Assembly: GCA_964516135.1 (NCBI GenBank)
Contig: CAZEWN010000013.1
Coordinates: 1,251 to 65,250, forward strand
DNA: 64,000 bases
Origin: an uncultured Erythrobacter sp.
GTDB taxonomy: Bacteria; Pseudomonadota; Alphaproteobacteria; Sphingomonadales; Sphingomonadaceae
Direction: 5' to 3'
In this document: piece by piece, positions 28,937-39,921 of the stretch
Layout: the number at the start of each line of letters is the position of its first letter
Numbering within the stretch: position 1 is the stretch's first letter
The notes under the pieces: generated by a model
Seen by the model: the letters and a program-made list of their open reading frames with translations, nothing else
What the model was told of the DNA's origin: nothing
Database searches by the model: none
Translations under genes and position numbers: made by a program

Positions 28937-29817
28937 CGGCTCAACTCATAGAATGCGGCGACATGCCCCCACGCCTCGTCGGCGGTTTCGCACCAGCGGA
29001 ACAGGTCGAGGTCGTGACGCCCGATCACGCCTTCGTCGGCGAGTGCTTCGAAATCGACGACCCGGGTCCAGAATTCCTTGCCGAACAGCAGGATTGGCAT
29101 GCGCTTCATCTTGCCGGTCTGGATGAGCGTCAACAGTTCGAAGAATTCGTCGAACGTGCCGAAGCCGCCGGGGAAGACCGCCACCGCCTTTGCCCGCAAC
29201 AGGAAATGCATTTTGCGTAGCGCGAAATAGTGGAACTGGAAGCTGAGGTACGGCGTGACGTAGCGGTTGGGCGCCTGTTCGTGCGGCAGCACGATGTTGA
29301 GCCCGATGCTCTCCGCCCCGGCATCGCTCGCGCCCTTGTTGGCCGCCTCCATGATCGACGGCCCACCGCCGGAGCAAATCACGAACTGCCGCTTGCCGCC
29401 TTCGATGATCGACTTTTCGCTCACCATGCGGGCGAGCTTGTAGGCCTCGCCATAGTACTTCGCCTTCTTGGCCAGGTTCTCGACCACGCGGCGGTCCGCC
29501 TCGTCGAGATCCCTGGCACCCTCCAGTGCGATCTGCGCCGATTCGGGCGGCGGGATGCGGGCGGACCCGTACATTACCAGCGTGGAGCCCACGCCGGCCT
29601 CGTCAAGCAGCATCTCGGTCTTGAGCAGCTCGAGCTGGAAACGCACCGGGCGCAATTCCTCGCGCAACAGGAAATCGCGGTCCTGGAACGCCAGCTTGTA
29701 AGCGGGATGTTCGGTTTGCGGGGTACTCTCGGGCTGCGCCGCGGAGAACTTCGCCTCTTCCTCTGCCGGATAGAACTTGCGTTCGGAGAGGTCGTGATCC
29801 TTGTCTGTATCGTCCAT
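28933..29817 (-). CDS. LOG/TIGR00730 family Rossmann-fold nucleotide-binding protein
   Basis: VICSGGGPSIMEAANKGA...VFPGGFGTFDEFFE is the PGG.GT..E motif. The start is taken at MDDTDKD (29817). Confidence 0.85.
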   Translation of the reverse strand: MDDTDKDHDLSERKFYPAEEEAKFSAAQPESTPQTEHPAYKLAFQDRDFLLREELRPVRFQLELLKTEMLLDEAGVGSTLVMYGSARIPPPESAQIALEGARDLDEADRRVVENLAKKAKYYGEAYKLARMVSEKSIIEGGKRQFVICSGGGPSIMEAANKGASDAGAESIGLNIVLPHEQAPNRYVTPYLSFQFHYFALRKMHFLLRAKAVAVFPGGFGTFDEFFELLTLIQTGKMKRMPILLFGKEFWTRVVDFEALADEGVIGRHDLDLFRWCETADEAWGHVAAFYELSR

Positions 29818-29855
29818 TTCTGCCGCGCTAGCCGCGCGCGCAGCATCCGGCAAGC

Positions 29856-30635
29856 TCAGCCGAAAACCGCCACCGCCTGCATCCCGTCGAGCACCTGGCG
29901 ACCCTGCGCGTCCCACAGTCGCAGCCGTTCGGATGAATAGCCGTGATCCGCATGCTGGCTGGCGTTTTCGGCCAGCCACCAGCCGTCCTGCGTCGCGGGG
30001 GCGGGGTCGAGCAGGTTGAACGACCAGTTGATCGAACTGATCGGGCCCATTCGTTTCATCACCCGCATGGCACCAGGCGGCAGCACGTCGCCCATCAGGA
30101 TCAGTTCCGATACCGGGTCCAGCACGCCTTGCTCCTTCAACCGCGCCCAGCGGCGCACGATCGGTGCGCCAGGGCCGCGTTCATCCTGCGCACGGCGCAG
30201 CGTGAAATTGTGGGCGATGAAGGCCGGTCCTCGGTCCGTTGCGACCTCCTCGGCCTCGCCAGGCGTGCCGGGCCATTCCGCCAGCCGCGGTGCGGCGTGG
30301 AGCGCGTTCGCCTCGCGCCCCGTGCCGAACAGCCACAACGCCGTAAGCGCGCACTGCCCCTCGCACCAGATTTCGCTGCGTACCTGCACCACGTTGCGCC
30401 CTTGCCGGACGATTTCGCGGCGCAGCTCGATCGCTCCGCCGACCGGTGCGACGAACCCGACCTGCGCCGCACGCAACGCAGGAAGATCGGGAAAGGCCCG
30501 GGTTGCAGCGGTATAGGCGATGAGCGCCGACGCACCTCCGTAAAGCGTGCGGCCCTGCATCCAGGCCTCGGCATGGGCAAGGCTCGCCTTTCCTCCGTCA
30601 GGCGAGATGGGGTCGATCAGGCTGGCAATGCTCAT
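29856..30635 (-). CDS. Thioesterase family protein (double hot-dog, acyl-CoA thioesterase II-like)
   Basis: 259 aa with the pattern ...GRTLYGGASALIA...VRQGRNVVQV.... Family assignment is moderate. Confidence 0.7.
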   Translation of the reverse strand: MSIASLIDPISPDGGKASLAHAEAWMQGRTLYGGASALIAYTAATRAFPDLPALRAAQVGFVAPVGGAIELRREIVRQGRNVVQVRSEIWCEGQCALTALWLFGTGREANALHAAPRLAEWPGTPGEAEEVATDRGPAFIAHNFTLRRAQDERGPGAPIVRRWARLKEQGVLDPVSELILMGDVLPPGAMRVMKRMGPISSINWSFNLLDPAPATQDGWWLAENASQHADHGYSSERLRLWDAQGRQVLDGMQAVAVFG

Positions 30636-30763
30636 GCGGCGCAGCGATACATGCTCGTTCGGCCTGGTCCAGCATGTCGTTACGTCAGGCTGCTGCTTCG
30701 CGATTGCCTTGCCGCGCGCGAGCCGCTAGGGGGCCGCTTCCCGTGGTCTTGGCCGCGGGGCGA

Positions 30764-30837
30764 GGCCCGATGGCGGAGTGGTTACGCAGAGGACTGCAAA
30801 TCCTTGCACGCCGGTTCGATTCCGGCTCGGGCCTCCA
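30764..30837 (+). tRNA. tRNA-Cys (GCA)
   Basis: 74-nt cloverleaf with acceptor ggcccga/tcgggcc, anticodon loop cuGCAaa, T-arm ccggttcgattccgg and an encoded CCA. Confidence 0.95.
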
Positions 30838-31053
30838 CTCCCTTGTTGCTGGCTGTGATGGCTACCAGTTTGGTGCGTAATATGCTGGAATAAAGCCATT
30901 CCCGTGCTTGACACATGCCCTGCATGTTGGCGTGGTAAAGAGAAGCAACCGCAGTTGAGGGCGCGGCTGCGATCGACAACCACGCCGTCCGACCAATACC
31001 ACATCCCGCCTCTCGGTTGACCGCTGCTAATACGCCCTTACATCGCACCCCCT

Positions 31054-31797
31054 ATGGCAACTGCTGCCGAACTTCCCGATTTGCTGGCGCTGGACGATCT
31101 GATCGCCGCTGGGCCGGTTGCGCTGTTCCTCGATTTCGATGGAACCTTGGTGGATATTGCGGCGACACCCGATACCATCGATGTGCCGCTCGGCCTGGGA
31201 GCCGACCTGGCACGGCTTTCGTCAAGGCTCGAGGGCAGGTTGGCGCTGGTGAGCGGGCGCGGGATCGGCGATCTGGAGCGTCATCTTGGTCCGATGGCAT
31301 TGGCGTGCGCGGGTTCGCATGGCGCCGCGAGGCGCAGTCGGGACGGTTTGTGGTTGGGTCGGCGGCCCGACGTCCTCCATCCCGGTGTCATTGAGGAAGT
31401 ATCTGCCTTCGCTGACGCCTCGGGGGCGCGGTACGAACCCAAGGAACACGGTGCTGCATTGCACTCGCGCCATGCGCCTCATCTCGAGCATCAGTGTGGC
31501 CGCTTCCTGGATGGCTTGGCCGCGCGCCACGGGTTGGCAGTGAAGCGGGGCAAGTTCGTTGCGGAGCTTGTCCGGCGCGGCGCGGACAAGGGCGCTGCGG
31601 TGCGAGCGTTCATGACTGAACCACCATTCCGCGGCGCGCGCCCGGTATTCATCGGCGACGATGTGACCGACGAGGATGGTTTCGCGGCCGTGATCGAACA
31701 AGCCGGCATCGCGATAACGGTTGGCCCGCGGGATAGTCGGCTCGCCACGTTCGGCCTTGCGGACCCGTCTGCGGTGCGCGAATGGCTGGGGCTATGA
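31054..31797 (+). CDS. otsB: Trehalose-6-phosphate phosphatase
   Basis: The HAD motif LFLDFDGTLV plus ...GDDVTDEDGF.... Confidence 0.85.
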   Translation: MATAAELPDLLALDDLIAAGPVALFLDFDGTLVDIAATPDTIDVPLGLGADLARLSSRLEGRLALVSGRGIGDLERHLGPMALACAGSHGAARRSRDGLWLGRRPDVLHPGVIEEVSAFADASGARYEPKEHGAALHSRHAPHLEHQCGRFLDGLAARHGLAVKRGKFVAELVRRGADKGAAVRAFMTEPPFRGARPVFIGDDVTDEDGFAAVIEQAGIAITVGPRDSRLATFGLADPSAVREWLGL

Positions 31798-33590
31798 CCG
31801 TTCCTGCTTCCACGCTCAATCTCTGGCCGATCGGCAATTGCCAGGTATCCGGGCTGATCGACAGCGCCGCTGGCCTGGTCTGGGGCTGTGTGCCCAAGGT
31901 GGATGGCGACCCGGTGTTCTGCAGCCTGCTGGGAGGCGAGGTCCAGGACAAGGGCGTCTGGCGATTTGAACTGGAAGGGCAGGTTTCCGCCAGCCAGAGT
32001 TACATCCGCAACACGCCCATCCTCGTCACGCGCCTTGAAGCGGCCGATGGCAGTGCGGTCGAGATTACCGATTTCTGCCCTCGGTTCGAGCGGTCGGGGC
32101 GGATGTATCGGCCGGTCGCTTACGTGCGAACCGTAAGGCCGGTTTGCGGCGCCCCGCGACTGAAGGTGACCTTGACCCCGGCGCGTGGTTATGGCGCGGC
32201 CACTGCAACGACGGTGCGCGGCACCAACCATGTCCGTTTCCTTGGCGGCGAAGGCCTGCGCCTCTCTACCGACGCACCGGTCGGCTACCTGCTCGAAAGC
32301 CGGGCTTACCGGGTGGAGAGCGATCAGCACTTCTTTCTGGGACCCGACGAGCCCTTCAGCGGCAACCTGCGCGCGGAAATGCGCCGCATGGAAGAGCAGA
32401 CCCGCAAGTACTGGCAGCTTTGGGTACGCGGCCTGGCCATTCCTCTCGAGTGGCAAGACGAGGTGATCCGTTGTGCGATCACCCTCAAATTGTGCCAGCA
32501 CGAGGAAACCGGCGCAATCGTCGCGGCCTTGACCACCTCCATTCCCGAAGCGCCCGGCACCGAGCGCAACTGGGATTATCGATACTGCTGGATCCGCGAC
32601 AGCTATTACACCGTGCAGGCTCTTAACCGGCTCGGTGCTCTCGACGTGCTCGAGAAGTACCTCGGCTTCCTGCGTAACGTGGTCGACAGCGCGCCCGACG
32701 GGGATATTCAGCCGCTCTATTCCGTGATGGGGGAGGGCCGGCTGGACGAAGCGATTGCCGAGGATTTAGCGGGCTACCGCGGCATGGGGCCGGTGCGGGT
32801 CGGCAATGCGGCATACCTTCAGCGTCAGTACGATTGCTATGGGCAGATCGTCTTGCCGAGCGCGCATGCGTTTTTCGACCGGCGGTTGCTGCGCATATCG
32901 GACGCGGGCGACTTCGCCAGTCTTGAGCAGGTCGGGGATGTCGCCTGGAAGATGCACGACCGCCCCGACGCCGGGTTGTGGGAGTTTCGCACGCGGACAG
33001 AGGTGCACACGTATTCGGCGGTGATGTGCTGGGCCGCGTGCGACCGGCTCGCCAACATCGCAAATGTTCTCGGTAAGGCGGACAGGTATGCACTGTGGAG
33101 CGAGCGAGCGCAGGCGATCCGTGACACCATCGAGGCTCGTGCTTGGGTCGATGGCCCGGGGGGCGGGCACTACAAGGCGAGCTACGAAAGCGACTACATC
33201 GATGCCAGTTTGCTCCAGTTGGCGGAGGTGCGTTATATCGACGCGAACGATCCCCGCTTTCAGTCGACGCTCCGCGTCGTGGAGGCGGAACTGCGCCGTG
33301 GCGAGCATATGCTGCGCTACGCCGCCGAGGATGACTTCGGCACGCCCGAAACTGCGTTCAACGTGTGTACCTTCTGGCTGATCGAAGCGCTTCACATGGC
33401 GCGGCGCGACGAAGAGGCGCGCGACTTGTTCGGGCGCATGCTCGGACATGCCACTGCCTCCGGCCTGCTGTCGGAGGACCTCGATTTCGAAACCGGCGAG
33501 CTCTGGGGGAACTTCCCGCAGACCTATTCGCTGGTTGGGGTGATCAACTGCGCCGTGCTGTTGTCCAAGAGCTGGAATACGATCCGCTGA
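31794..33590 (+). CDS. Glycoside hydrolase family 15 protein (glucoamylase/trehalase-like)
   Basis: ~598 aa. ...ALTTSIPEAPGTERNWDYRYCWIRDS... is the GH15 catalytic-region signature. The ATG overlaps the otsB stop (atga). Confidence 0.85.
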   Translation: MTVPASTLNLWPIGNCQVSGLIDSAAGLVWGCVPKVDGDPVFCSLLGGEVQDKGVWRFELEGQVSASQSYIRNTPILVTRLEAADGSAVEITDFCPRFERSGRMYRPVAYVRTVRPVCGAPRLKVTLTPARGYGAATATTVRGTNHVRFLGGEGLRLSTDAPVGYLLESRAYRVESDQHFFLGPDEPFSGNLRAEMRRMEEQTRKYWQLWVRGLAIPLEWQDEVIRCAITLKLCQHEETGAIVAALTTSIPEAPGTERNWDYRYCWIRDSYYTVQALNRLGALDVLEKYLGFLRNVVDSAPDGDIQPLYSVMGEGRLDEAIAEDLAGYRGMGPVRVGNAAYLQRQYDCYGQIVLPSAHAFFDRRLLRISDAGDFASLEQVGDVAWKMHDRPDAGLWEFRTRTEVHTYSAVMCWAACDRLANIANVLGKADRYALWSERAQAIRDTIEARAWVDGPGGGHYKASYESDYIDASLLQLAEVRYIDANDPRFQSTLRVVEAELRRGEHMLRYAAEDDFGTPETAFNVCTFWLIEALHMARRDEEARDLFGRMLGHATASGLLSEDLDFETGELWGNFPQTYSLVGVINCAVLLSKSWNTIR

Positions 33591-33597
33591 CCTGTCC

Positions 33598-34992
33598 GTG
33601 ACCCGCCTTGTCGTTATCTCGAACCGAGTTGCCATCCCGTCCGCACGTGGTGCGGCCGGAGCGCAGGGTGGCTTGGCCGGTGCGCTCAATTCTGCGTTGA
33701 AGGAAAACGGCGGCGTCTGGTTCGGCTGGTCGGGGCGCGAAGTGGCTGCTCCCTCGTCCGAACCAACGGTGGCGACCTACAACGGTGTCACCATGGCCAC
33801 GATCGACCTTAGCCCGCAAGATGTGGCGGAATACTATTATGGCTATGCCAACTCGACGCTGTGGCCGCTGTTCCACTACCGGCTCGACCTGACGGAGTAC
33901 GAACGCCTCACCGCGATCGGGTACGAGCGCGTCAACGAGCGCTTTGCCAACAGCCTCGATTCGCTTCTTCGAAACGATGACCTGATCTGGGTCCACGATT
34001 ACCACCTGATCCCGTTGGGTGATGCCCTGCGACGGCAAGGGCGCAACAATCGGATGGGATTCTTCCTTCATATCCCCTGGCCGCCGGCCCGGCTGTTCGT
34101 CTCGCTGCCTTACCACGAGCGTCTGGTTCGCGCCTTGCTTGCCTATGATGTCGTGGGCTTCCAGTGCGACGAGTGGCTCGAAAGCTTCCTGCACTATTGC
34201 GGCAAGGAGCTCGGCGCCGACGTCGATGAGGGAACTGGCAGGATCACACTGCAAGGGCGCACGACGATTGCCCGGGCCCATCCCATCGGCATCGACTTCG
34301 ATCACTTCACCGCTCAGGGCCAAACAGGCGAAGCGCGCCAGGCGGCACAGCGGGTTCTGTCGAGCACCCGGCGTCGCACCGCGATGATCGGGGTCGATCG
34401 GCTCGATTATTCCAAGGGCCTGCCCGAACGGTTGGACGGCATCAGCCGCTTCTTCGACCGGCATCCCGAACGGGTGAACGATCTGGTGTTCATCCAGATC
34501 GCGCCACCCAGCCGGGAGGATATCGACAGCTACCAGCAAATCCGCGCACTGCTCGAGCAGAAGACCGGACAAATCAACGGCGCATTCAGCCGGATCGATC
34601 TGGTGCCGGTGCGATACGTCAACCAGGGCCACACCGCGGCGGAGCTCTACGGTGTATTCAGGACCTGTAAGATCGGCCTCGTTACGCCGCTCAGAGACGG
34701 CATGAATCTCGTGGCAAAGGAATATGTTGCGGCGCAAGATCCCGACGATCCCGGCGTTCTGATCCTGAGCCGCTTTGCCGGTGCTGCGCAGCAACTTCCC
34801 CAAGCATTATTGGTCAATCCTCATAGCCCCGATGACATAGCGCACAACATCAAGCTCGCGCTCGAAATGCCGCTCGAAGAACGTAAATCGCGATGGACGC
34901 CGATGTTCGAATGCGTGCGCGACGAGAACGTTCAATCATGGACGCGGAATTTTCTCGAAGAGTTGTCAGCGGCTCGGGAGGCACCCAGGTAG
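33598..34992 (+). CDS. otsA: Alpha,alpha-trehalose-phosphate synthase (UDP-forming)
   Basis: LVVISNRV...WFGWSG...LWPLFHY...IWVHDYHLIPL...FLHIPWP...GVDRLDYSKG...TPLRDGMNLVAKEY. Confidence 0.95.
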   Translation: MTRLVVISNRVAIPSARGAAGAQGGLAGALNSALKENGGVWFGWSGREVAAPSSEPTVATYNGVTMATIDLSPQDVAEYYYGYANSTLWPLFHYRLDLTEYERLTAIGYERVNERFANSLDSLLRNDDLIWVHDYHLIPLGDALRRQGRNNRMGFFLHIPWPPARLFVSLPYHERLVRALLAYDVVGFQCDEWLESFLHYCGKELGADVDEGTGRITLQGRTTIARAHPIGIDFDHFTAQGQTGEARQAAQRVLSSTRRRTAMIGVDRLDYSKGLPERLDGISRFFDRHPERVNDLVFIQIAPPSREDIDSYQQIRALLEQKTGQINGAFSRIDLVPVRYVNQGHTAAELYGVFRTCKIGLVTPLRDGMNLVAKEYVAAQDPDDPGVLILSRFAGAAQQLPQALLVNPHSPDDIAHNIKLALEMPLEERKSRWTPMFECVRDENVQSWTRNFLEELSAAREAPR

Positions 34993-35172
34993 CCGGCTTG
35001 CCCAGCTGACGAGACGAAACTGATTCATTCCGTGCGAGGAAAATTCCCTGTAGATTTCGCGAAAACTAGGAATATAGAGCGCGCAGGCGGGCCCTCACGC
35101 AAGTGGATGCACCGCCAACTGCTGTGACCGGCTTGCGGCCCGCCCGCACCGCCGATAAAGCCCGCAGCGAGT

Positions 35173-35248
35173 GCCGCTTTAGCTCAGTTGGTAGAGCACA
35201 TCATTCGTAATGATGGGGTCACGTGTTCGAGTCACGTAAGCGGCACCA
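35173..35248 (+). tRNA. tRNA-Thr (CGU)
   Basis: 76 nt with acceptor gccgctt/aagcggc, anticodon loop uuCGUaa, T-arm cacgtgttcgagtcacgt and an encoded CCA. Confidence 0.95.
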
Positions 35249-35289
35249 CTGCACCTTGTCGGCTGTCGGCAAGAGCGAGCGGGGAAGCG

Positions 35290-36174
35290 ATGGCGGGTTC
35301 GGCCCAGATGAAGATGCGATCCTGGTTGTTCGCGCCCGGTGATAGCGACAAGAAATGCTCCAAGGCGGTCGATGGCCTCGCTGACATCGCGATTCTCGAC
35401 ATCGAAGATGCAGTGGCAGAGGAGAACAAACCGCGCGCGCGCGCCATGGTCCACGATTTCCTGCGCGACCGGAACGATGGGCGGGAACGGATCTGGGTGC
35501 GGATCAATCCGCTTGCCGGGCAGCACGCTCTGGCCGATCTTGCGGCTGTGGTGCCCGCCCGGCCGGGAGGGATCATGCTGCCCAAGGCCGAAGGGCGCGA
35601 GGACGTCGAGCGGCTTCACCGGTACCTCGAAGCGCTGGAGGCGGCGCACGGGATAACGGTCGGATCAACGGCGGTAATCGTGCTGGTGACCGAGACTGCG
35701 GCGGGCATGTTCCGAACGGGCGACTATGTCGGTGCTCCGCGCCTCGCCGCGATGACCTGGGGGGCGGAGGATCTGGCCGATGCGCTGGGTGCCAGCTCCA
35801 ACACCAATCCCGACGGCAGCTATGGCCACACTTTCGAATTGGCGCGCAGCCTGTGCTTGCTTGGCGCGGCGGCGGCGGGCGTCCCGGCGATCGAGACGAT
35901 CCAAGCCGATTTTCGCGATCTGGACGGATTGAAGGTACGGGCCGACATGGTCCGCCGCGCCGGTTATCGTGGGATGCTGGCGATCCACCCTGACCAAGTG
36001 CCGGTGATCAATGCCGCTTTCACACCCAGTGCTGATGAAATCGCCCACGCCCGCGAAATCGTCGCTCTGTTCGCGGCCAATCCCGGCGCGGGGACGATCG
36101 GGTGGAAGGGCGGAATGCTTGATCGTCCGCACCTGTCGCGCGCGCAGCAGCTGCTCGCGCAGGCCGGGGACTAG
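35290..36174 (+). CDS. HpcH/HpaI aldolase / citrate-lyase beta (CitE-like, malyl-CoA lyase/thioesterase family)
   Basis: RSWLFAPGDS...DIAILDIEDAV...VRIN...IMLPKAEG.... The start is ATG 35290, or alternatively 35314. Confidence 0.85.
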   Translation: MAGSAQMKMRSWLFAPGDSDKKCSKAVDGLADIAILDIEDAVAEENKPRARAMVHDFLRDRNDGRERIWVRINPLAGQHALADLAAVVPARPGGIMLPKAEGREDVERLHRYLEALEAAHGITVGSTAVIVLVTETAAGMFRTGDYVGAPRLAAMTWGAEDLADALGASSNTNPDGSYGHTFELARSLCLLGAAAAGVPAIETIQADFRDLDGLKVRADMVRRAGYRGMLAIHPDQVPVINAAFTPSADEIAHAREIVALFAANPGAGTIGWKGGMLDRPHLSRAQQLLAQAGD

Positions 36175-36902
36175 CCCCGCACCGCGGTCAGAAGCCGTTC
36201 AGCCCATTCACGGCGGCAGATCAGCAGATCGGGCAAATAGGTATCCGCGCGGTTATAGATCAGCGGCGCGCCGTCGATCCGTGAACAGTGCAGGCCATTC
36301 GCGCGTGCCACCGCGACCGGGGCGCAGCTATCCCATTCGTGCTGACCGCCAGTGTGGATGTAGATTTCGGCCTCCCCGCGAACTACTGACATCGCCTTCG
36401 CCCCGGCGCTGCCCATCGGTATCAGTTCCGCGCCGATCGCCTTGGCCACGGTCATTGCCTGATCGGCCGGGCGGGTGCGGCTGACCACCATGCGCGGGCG
36501 CTCGCGCGGCGGCGGGGGCGCCAGCGGCGCGTCGCTGCGGAGCACGAGGCCAAGCCCGGGCAAGGCGACCGCGCCGATCTCTGCCACTCCGTCGATCGCC
36601 AGTGCCACATGCACTGCCCAATCGCCGCGTTCCTCGGCATATTCACGGGTGCCGTCGACCGGATCGACGATCCACACACGGCGTTTGCCCAGGCGCTCGC
36701 AAGTGTCCTTGCTTTCTTCCGACAGCAGCCCGTCCTCGGGTCGCTGCGCGGCGAGGGCGCGCACAAGGAAAGTGTTGACGACGTTGTCGCCAGCATCCCC
36801 CAATGCATTACCCTCGATCAATCCCGCATCGCGCACCGCGCAGGCAATCCTTCCGGCGGCTTCGGCGAGGGCTGCGGCGAGCTCGGCATCGCTCATGCTC
36901 AT
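36171..36902 (-). CDS. cysQ: 3'(2'),5'-bisphosphate nucleotidase / inositol monophosphatase family
   Basis: ...LLSEES...[12 protein letters not shown]...WDSCAP... are IMPase motifs. It lies directly downstream of cysNC with overlapping stop and start. Confidence 0.8.
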   Translation of the reverse strand: MSMSDAELAAALAEAAGRIACAVRDAGLIEGNALGDAGDNVVNTFLVRALAAQRPEDGLLSEESKDTCERLGKRRVWIVDPVDGTREYAEERGDWAVHVALAIDGVAEIGAVALPGLGLVLRSDAPLAPPPPRERPRMVVSRTRPADQAMTVAKAIGAELIPMGSAGAKAMSVVRGEAEIYIHTGGQHEWDSCAPVAVARANGLHCSRIDGAPLIYNRADTYLPDLLICRREWAERLLTAVRG

Positions 36903-38812
36903 TTGAGCGGCAGGATCGCGCGGATGATGTGCTCGGCGGCTTCGGCGGGGGTCATTTCCACGGTATTGACCCGGATGTCGGGGTTCTCGGGCGGCTCATA
37001 GGGGCTGTCGATTCCGGTAAAGTTCTTCAACTGGCCACTGCGCGCCTTCTTGTAGAGCCCCTTCACGTCGCGCGCCTCGGCCACTTCCAGCGGAGTGTCG
37101 ACGAAGATTTCGATGAATTCGCCGTCGGGGATCATTTTTCGCACCATCTCGCGCTCGGCGCGGAACGGGCTGATGAAGGCGGTCAGCACGATCAGGCCCG
37201 CGTCGGTCATCAATCGAGCGACCTCGCCAACACGGCGGATGTTCTCGATCCGGTCGGCCTCGGTAAAGCCCAAGTCCCTGTTCAACCCGTGGCGCACGTT
37301 GTCGCCATCAAGCAGGAAGGTGTGGCGATTGATCAGGTTGAGGCGCTTTTCCACCTCGTTGGCGATGGTCGACTTGCCTGATCCCGACAGCCCGGTGAAC
37401 CAGAGCACGCGCGGTTTCTGGTTCTTGAGGTTGGCATGTTCCTCGCGGGTTACGTCGACCGGTTGCCAGTGGACGTTCTGCGCCCGCCGCAGGCTGAAAT
37501 GGAGCATGCCCGCAGCGACCGTGCGATTGGTCAGCTTGTCGATCAGGATGAACCCGCCGAGGCTGCGGTTGTCGGCATAGCGTTCGAACACGATCGGTCG
37601 ATCGGTCGCCAGCTCGGCGACGCCGATTGCATTCAATTCCAGCGTCTTGGCGGCGAGGTGCTCGCCCGGGCTGTTTACGTTGATCGCATACTTGGGCTGC
37701 TGGACGGTGGCGGAGACAGTCTGGGTGCCGAGCTTCAGCCAGTACCCTCGCCCAACGTGCATCGGCGCGTCATCCATCCAAACCAGCGTCGCCTCGAACT
37801 GGTCGGCGACTTCGGGCGGAGAATCGGTGGCGGCGATCACGTCGCCGCGCGAACAATCTATTTCGTCGGCGAAGCACAGTGTGACCGATTGGCCCGCGAC
37901 GGCTTCCTCGAGATCTCCGTCGAGCGTTACGATCCGGGTCACGGACGAGGTCTTGCCGGAGGGCAGTACGCGCACCGTTGCGCCCCGCCTGATCGAGCCA
38001 CTGGAAACCAGCCCGGCGAAGCCACGAAAATCGAGATTGGGCCGGTTGACCCATTGCACCGGCAGGCGAAACGGTTTCTGCTGATCAAGGCCGGCGTGCA
38101 CGTGGACCGTTTCGAGATGGTCGATCAGCACCGGCCCTGTATACCACGGCATCGCGGTGGAGGTGGACGTGATGTTGTCGCCCTGCAGGCCAGAGATGGG
38201 GATGGCGGTAAAGGCGTCGATCCCGATACTTGCGGCGAACGCGCGATAGTCCGCCACGATGGCTTCGTACCGTGCCTGACTATAGTCTATAAGGTCCATC
38301 TTGTTCACGGCAAGTACCAGATTGGTTATGCCCAACTGGTGACACAGGAAGCTGTGGCGCCGTGTCTGGGTCAGCACCCCTTTGCGCGCGTCAATCAGGA
38401 TGACCGCGAGATCCGCCGTGCTCGCGCCGGTGACCATATTGCGGGTGTACTGCTCATGTCCGGGGCAATCCGCGACGATGAACTTGCGTTTCTCGGTGGT
38501 GAAGAAGCGATAGGCGACGTCGATCGTGATGCCTTGCTCACGTTCGGCGGCGAGCCCGTCGACCAGCAGGGCGAAATCGATTTCCTGCCCCTGCGTGCCG
38601 ACGCGTTTGCTGTCGCTCTCCAGCGCAGCAAGTTGATCTTCGAAGATCATCTTGGAATCGTACAGCAGCCGCCCGATCAGCGTCGATTTACCGTCATCGA
38701 CGCTGCCGCAGGTGATGAACCGCAGCATGGTCTTGTTCTGGTGCGCCGCAAGATAGGCATCGATATCCTCCGCGATCAGCGCGTCGGCGCGGTAGGTCAC
38801 GTCCGCGTCCAT
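36899..38812 (-). CDS. cysN: Bifunctional sulfate adenylyltransferase subunit 1 / adenylylsulfate kinase
   Basis: 637 aa. It has the GTPase motifs [14 protein letters not shown] and NKMD, plus a C-terminal APS kinase P-loop, [11 protein letters not shown]. Confidence 0.95.
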   Translation of the reverse strand: MDADVTYRADALIAEDIDAYLAAHQNKTMLRFITCGSVDDGKSTLIGRLLYDSKMIFEDQLAALESDSKRVGTQGQEIDFALLVDGLAAEREQGITIDVAYRFFTTEKRKFIVADCPGHEQYTRNMVTGASTADLAVILIDARKGVLTQTRRHSFLCHQLGITNLVLAVNKMDLIDYSQARYEAIVADYRAFAASIGIDAFTAIPISGLQGDNITSTSTAMPWYTGPVLIDHLETVHVHAGLDQQKPFRLPVQWVNRPNLDFRGFAGLVSSGSIRRGATVRVLPSGKTSSVTRIVTLDGDLEEAVAGQSVTLCFADEIDCSRGDVIAATDSPPEVADQFEATLVWMDDAPMHVGRGYWLKLGTQTVSATVQQPKYAINVNSPGEHLAAKTLELNAIGVAELATDRPIVFERYADNRSLGGFILIDKLTNRTVAAGMLHFSLRRAQNVHWQPVDVTREEHANLKNQKPRVLWFTGLSGSGKSTIANEVEKRLNLINRHTFLLDGDNVRHGLNRDLGFTEADRIENIRRVGEVARLMTDAGLIVLTAFISPFRAEREMVRKMIPDGEFIEIFVDTPLEVAEARDVKGLYKKARSGQLKNFTGIDSPYEPPENPDIRVNTVEMTPAEAAEHIIRAILPLK

Positions 38813-39711
38813 CAGAAATACCCCTCCTGCTTCTTCTTTTCCATCGACGCATCCCCCGCGTCGCGGTCAATTGCGCGACCCTGGCGTTCGCTGGTCGTGG
38901 TGAGCAGCATTTCCTGGATTACTTCGGTGAGGCTGGCAGCCTCGCTTTCCACCGCACCGGTCAGTGGATAGCAGCCGAGCGTGCGGAAGCGGATTGAGCG
39001 CAAAACCGGCTCCTCGCCCGGGATCAGGCGGAAACGGTCGTCATCGACCATCAGCAGCATTCCGTCGCGCTCGACCGTAGGCCGCGGCGCGGCGAAATAG
39101 AGCGGGACAATCTCGATCCTTTCCAGATGGATGTACTGCCAGATGTCCAGCTCGGTCCAGTTCGACAGCGGAAACACGCGAATGCTTTCGCCCCTGGCCT
39201 TGCGAGCGTTGTAGAGGTTCCACAGCTCGGGCCGCTGGCTCTTCGGATCCCATCCGTGGCTTGCGGTCCGGAAGCTGAACACGCGTTCCTTGGCCCGGCT
39301 CTTCTCCTCGTCGCGCCGCGCCCCACCGAAAGCGGCGTCGAAGCCGTGCTGGTCGAGCGCTTGCTTGAGCCCTTGGGTTTTCCACATGTCGGTATGAACG
39401 GGCCCGTGGTCGAACGGGTTGATACCCTGCGCCTTCGCCTCGGGATTTTGGTGGACCAGCAGTTCCATCCCCGCGTCGCGCGCTGCTTTTTCGCGCAGGG
39501 CGTACATCTCGCGGAACTTCCACGTCGTGTCGACATGGAGCAGCGGAAATGGCGGCGGCGCGGGGAAGAACGCCTTTTTCGCCAAGTGGAGCATCACCGC
39601 GCTGTCCTTGCCGATCGAATAAAGCATGACCGGGCGTTCCGCCTCGGCCACGACCTCGCGCATGATGTGGATGCTTTCGGCTTCGAGCCGTTGCAAGTGG
39701 GTGAGGGTCAT
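38812..39711 (-). CDS. cysD: Sulfate adenylyltransferase subunit 2
   Basis: [17 protein letters not shown]...[15 protein letters not shown]...[11 protein letters not shown]. The start is at MTLTHL (39711). The longer tracked ORF extends through the promoter region. Confidence 0.95.
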   Translation of the reverse strand: MTLTHLQRLEAESIHIMREVVAEAERPVMLYSIGKDSAVMLHLAKKAFFPAPPPFPLLHVDTTWKFREMYALREKAARDAGMELLVHQNPEAKAQGINPFDHGPVHTDMWKTQGLKQALDQHGFDAAFGGARRDEEKSRAKERVFSFRTASHGWDPKSQRPELWNLYNARKARGESIRVFPLSNWTELDIWQYIHLERIEIVPLYFAAPRPTVERDGMLLMVDDDRFRLIPGEEPVLRSIRFRTLGCYPLTGAVESEAASLTEVIQEMLLTTTSERQGRAIDRDAGDASMEKKKQEGYF

Positions 39712-39921
39712 GGGCACCTGAAACTGTCTTCGCGAACGTCGGGGGAAGGTTCGTGTCCGTGCCATAGCCGCCGACCAGCCCGGGCGGAGGCACGAATTTT
39801 TCGCAAGCTGGATGGATTTGCTTGCCGATGCATCCCCACCGGCGCATCGCTTGACTAGCATCGGCCCAGCACCCAATGCGTTGCGGGTGACCAGCAACCG
39901 CCACAACGCAGCCCGCCCCCG

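Noticed and set aside
30880-35045. Short similarity cattcccgtgc (~30900) versus cattccgtgcg (~35030) in the spacers flanking the trehalose module, considered as possible att-like direct repeats.
   Set aside because: The match is only ~10 nt with an indel, which is compatible with chance. There is no integrase and no tRNA-fragment duplication.
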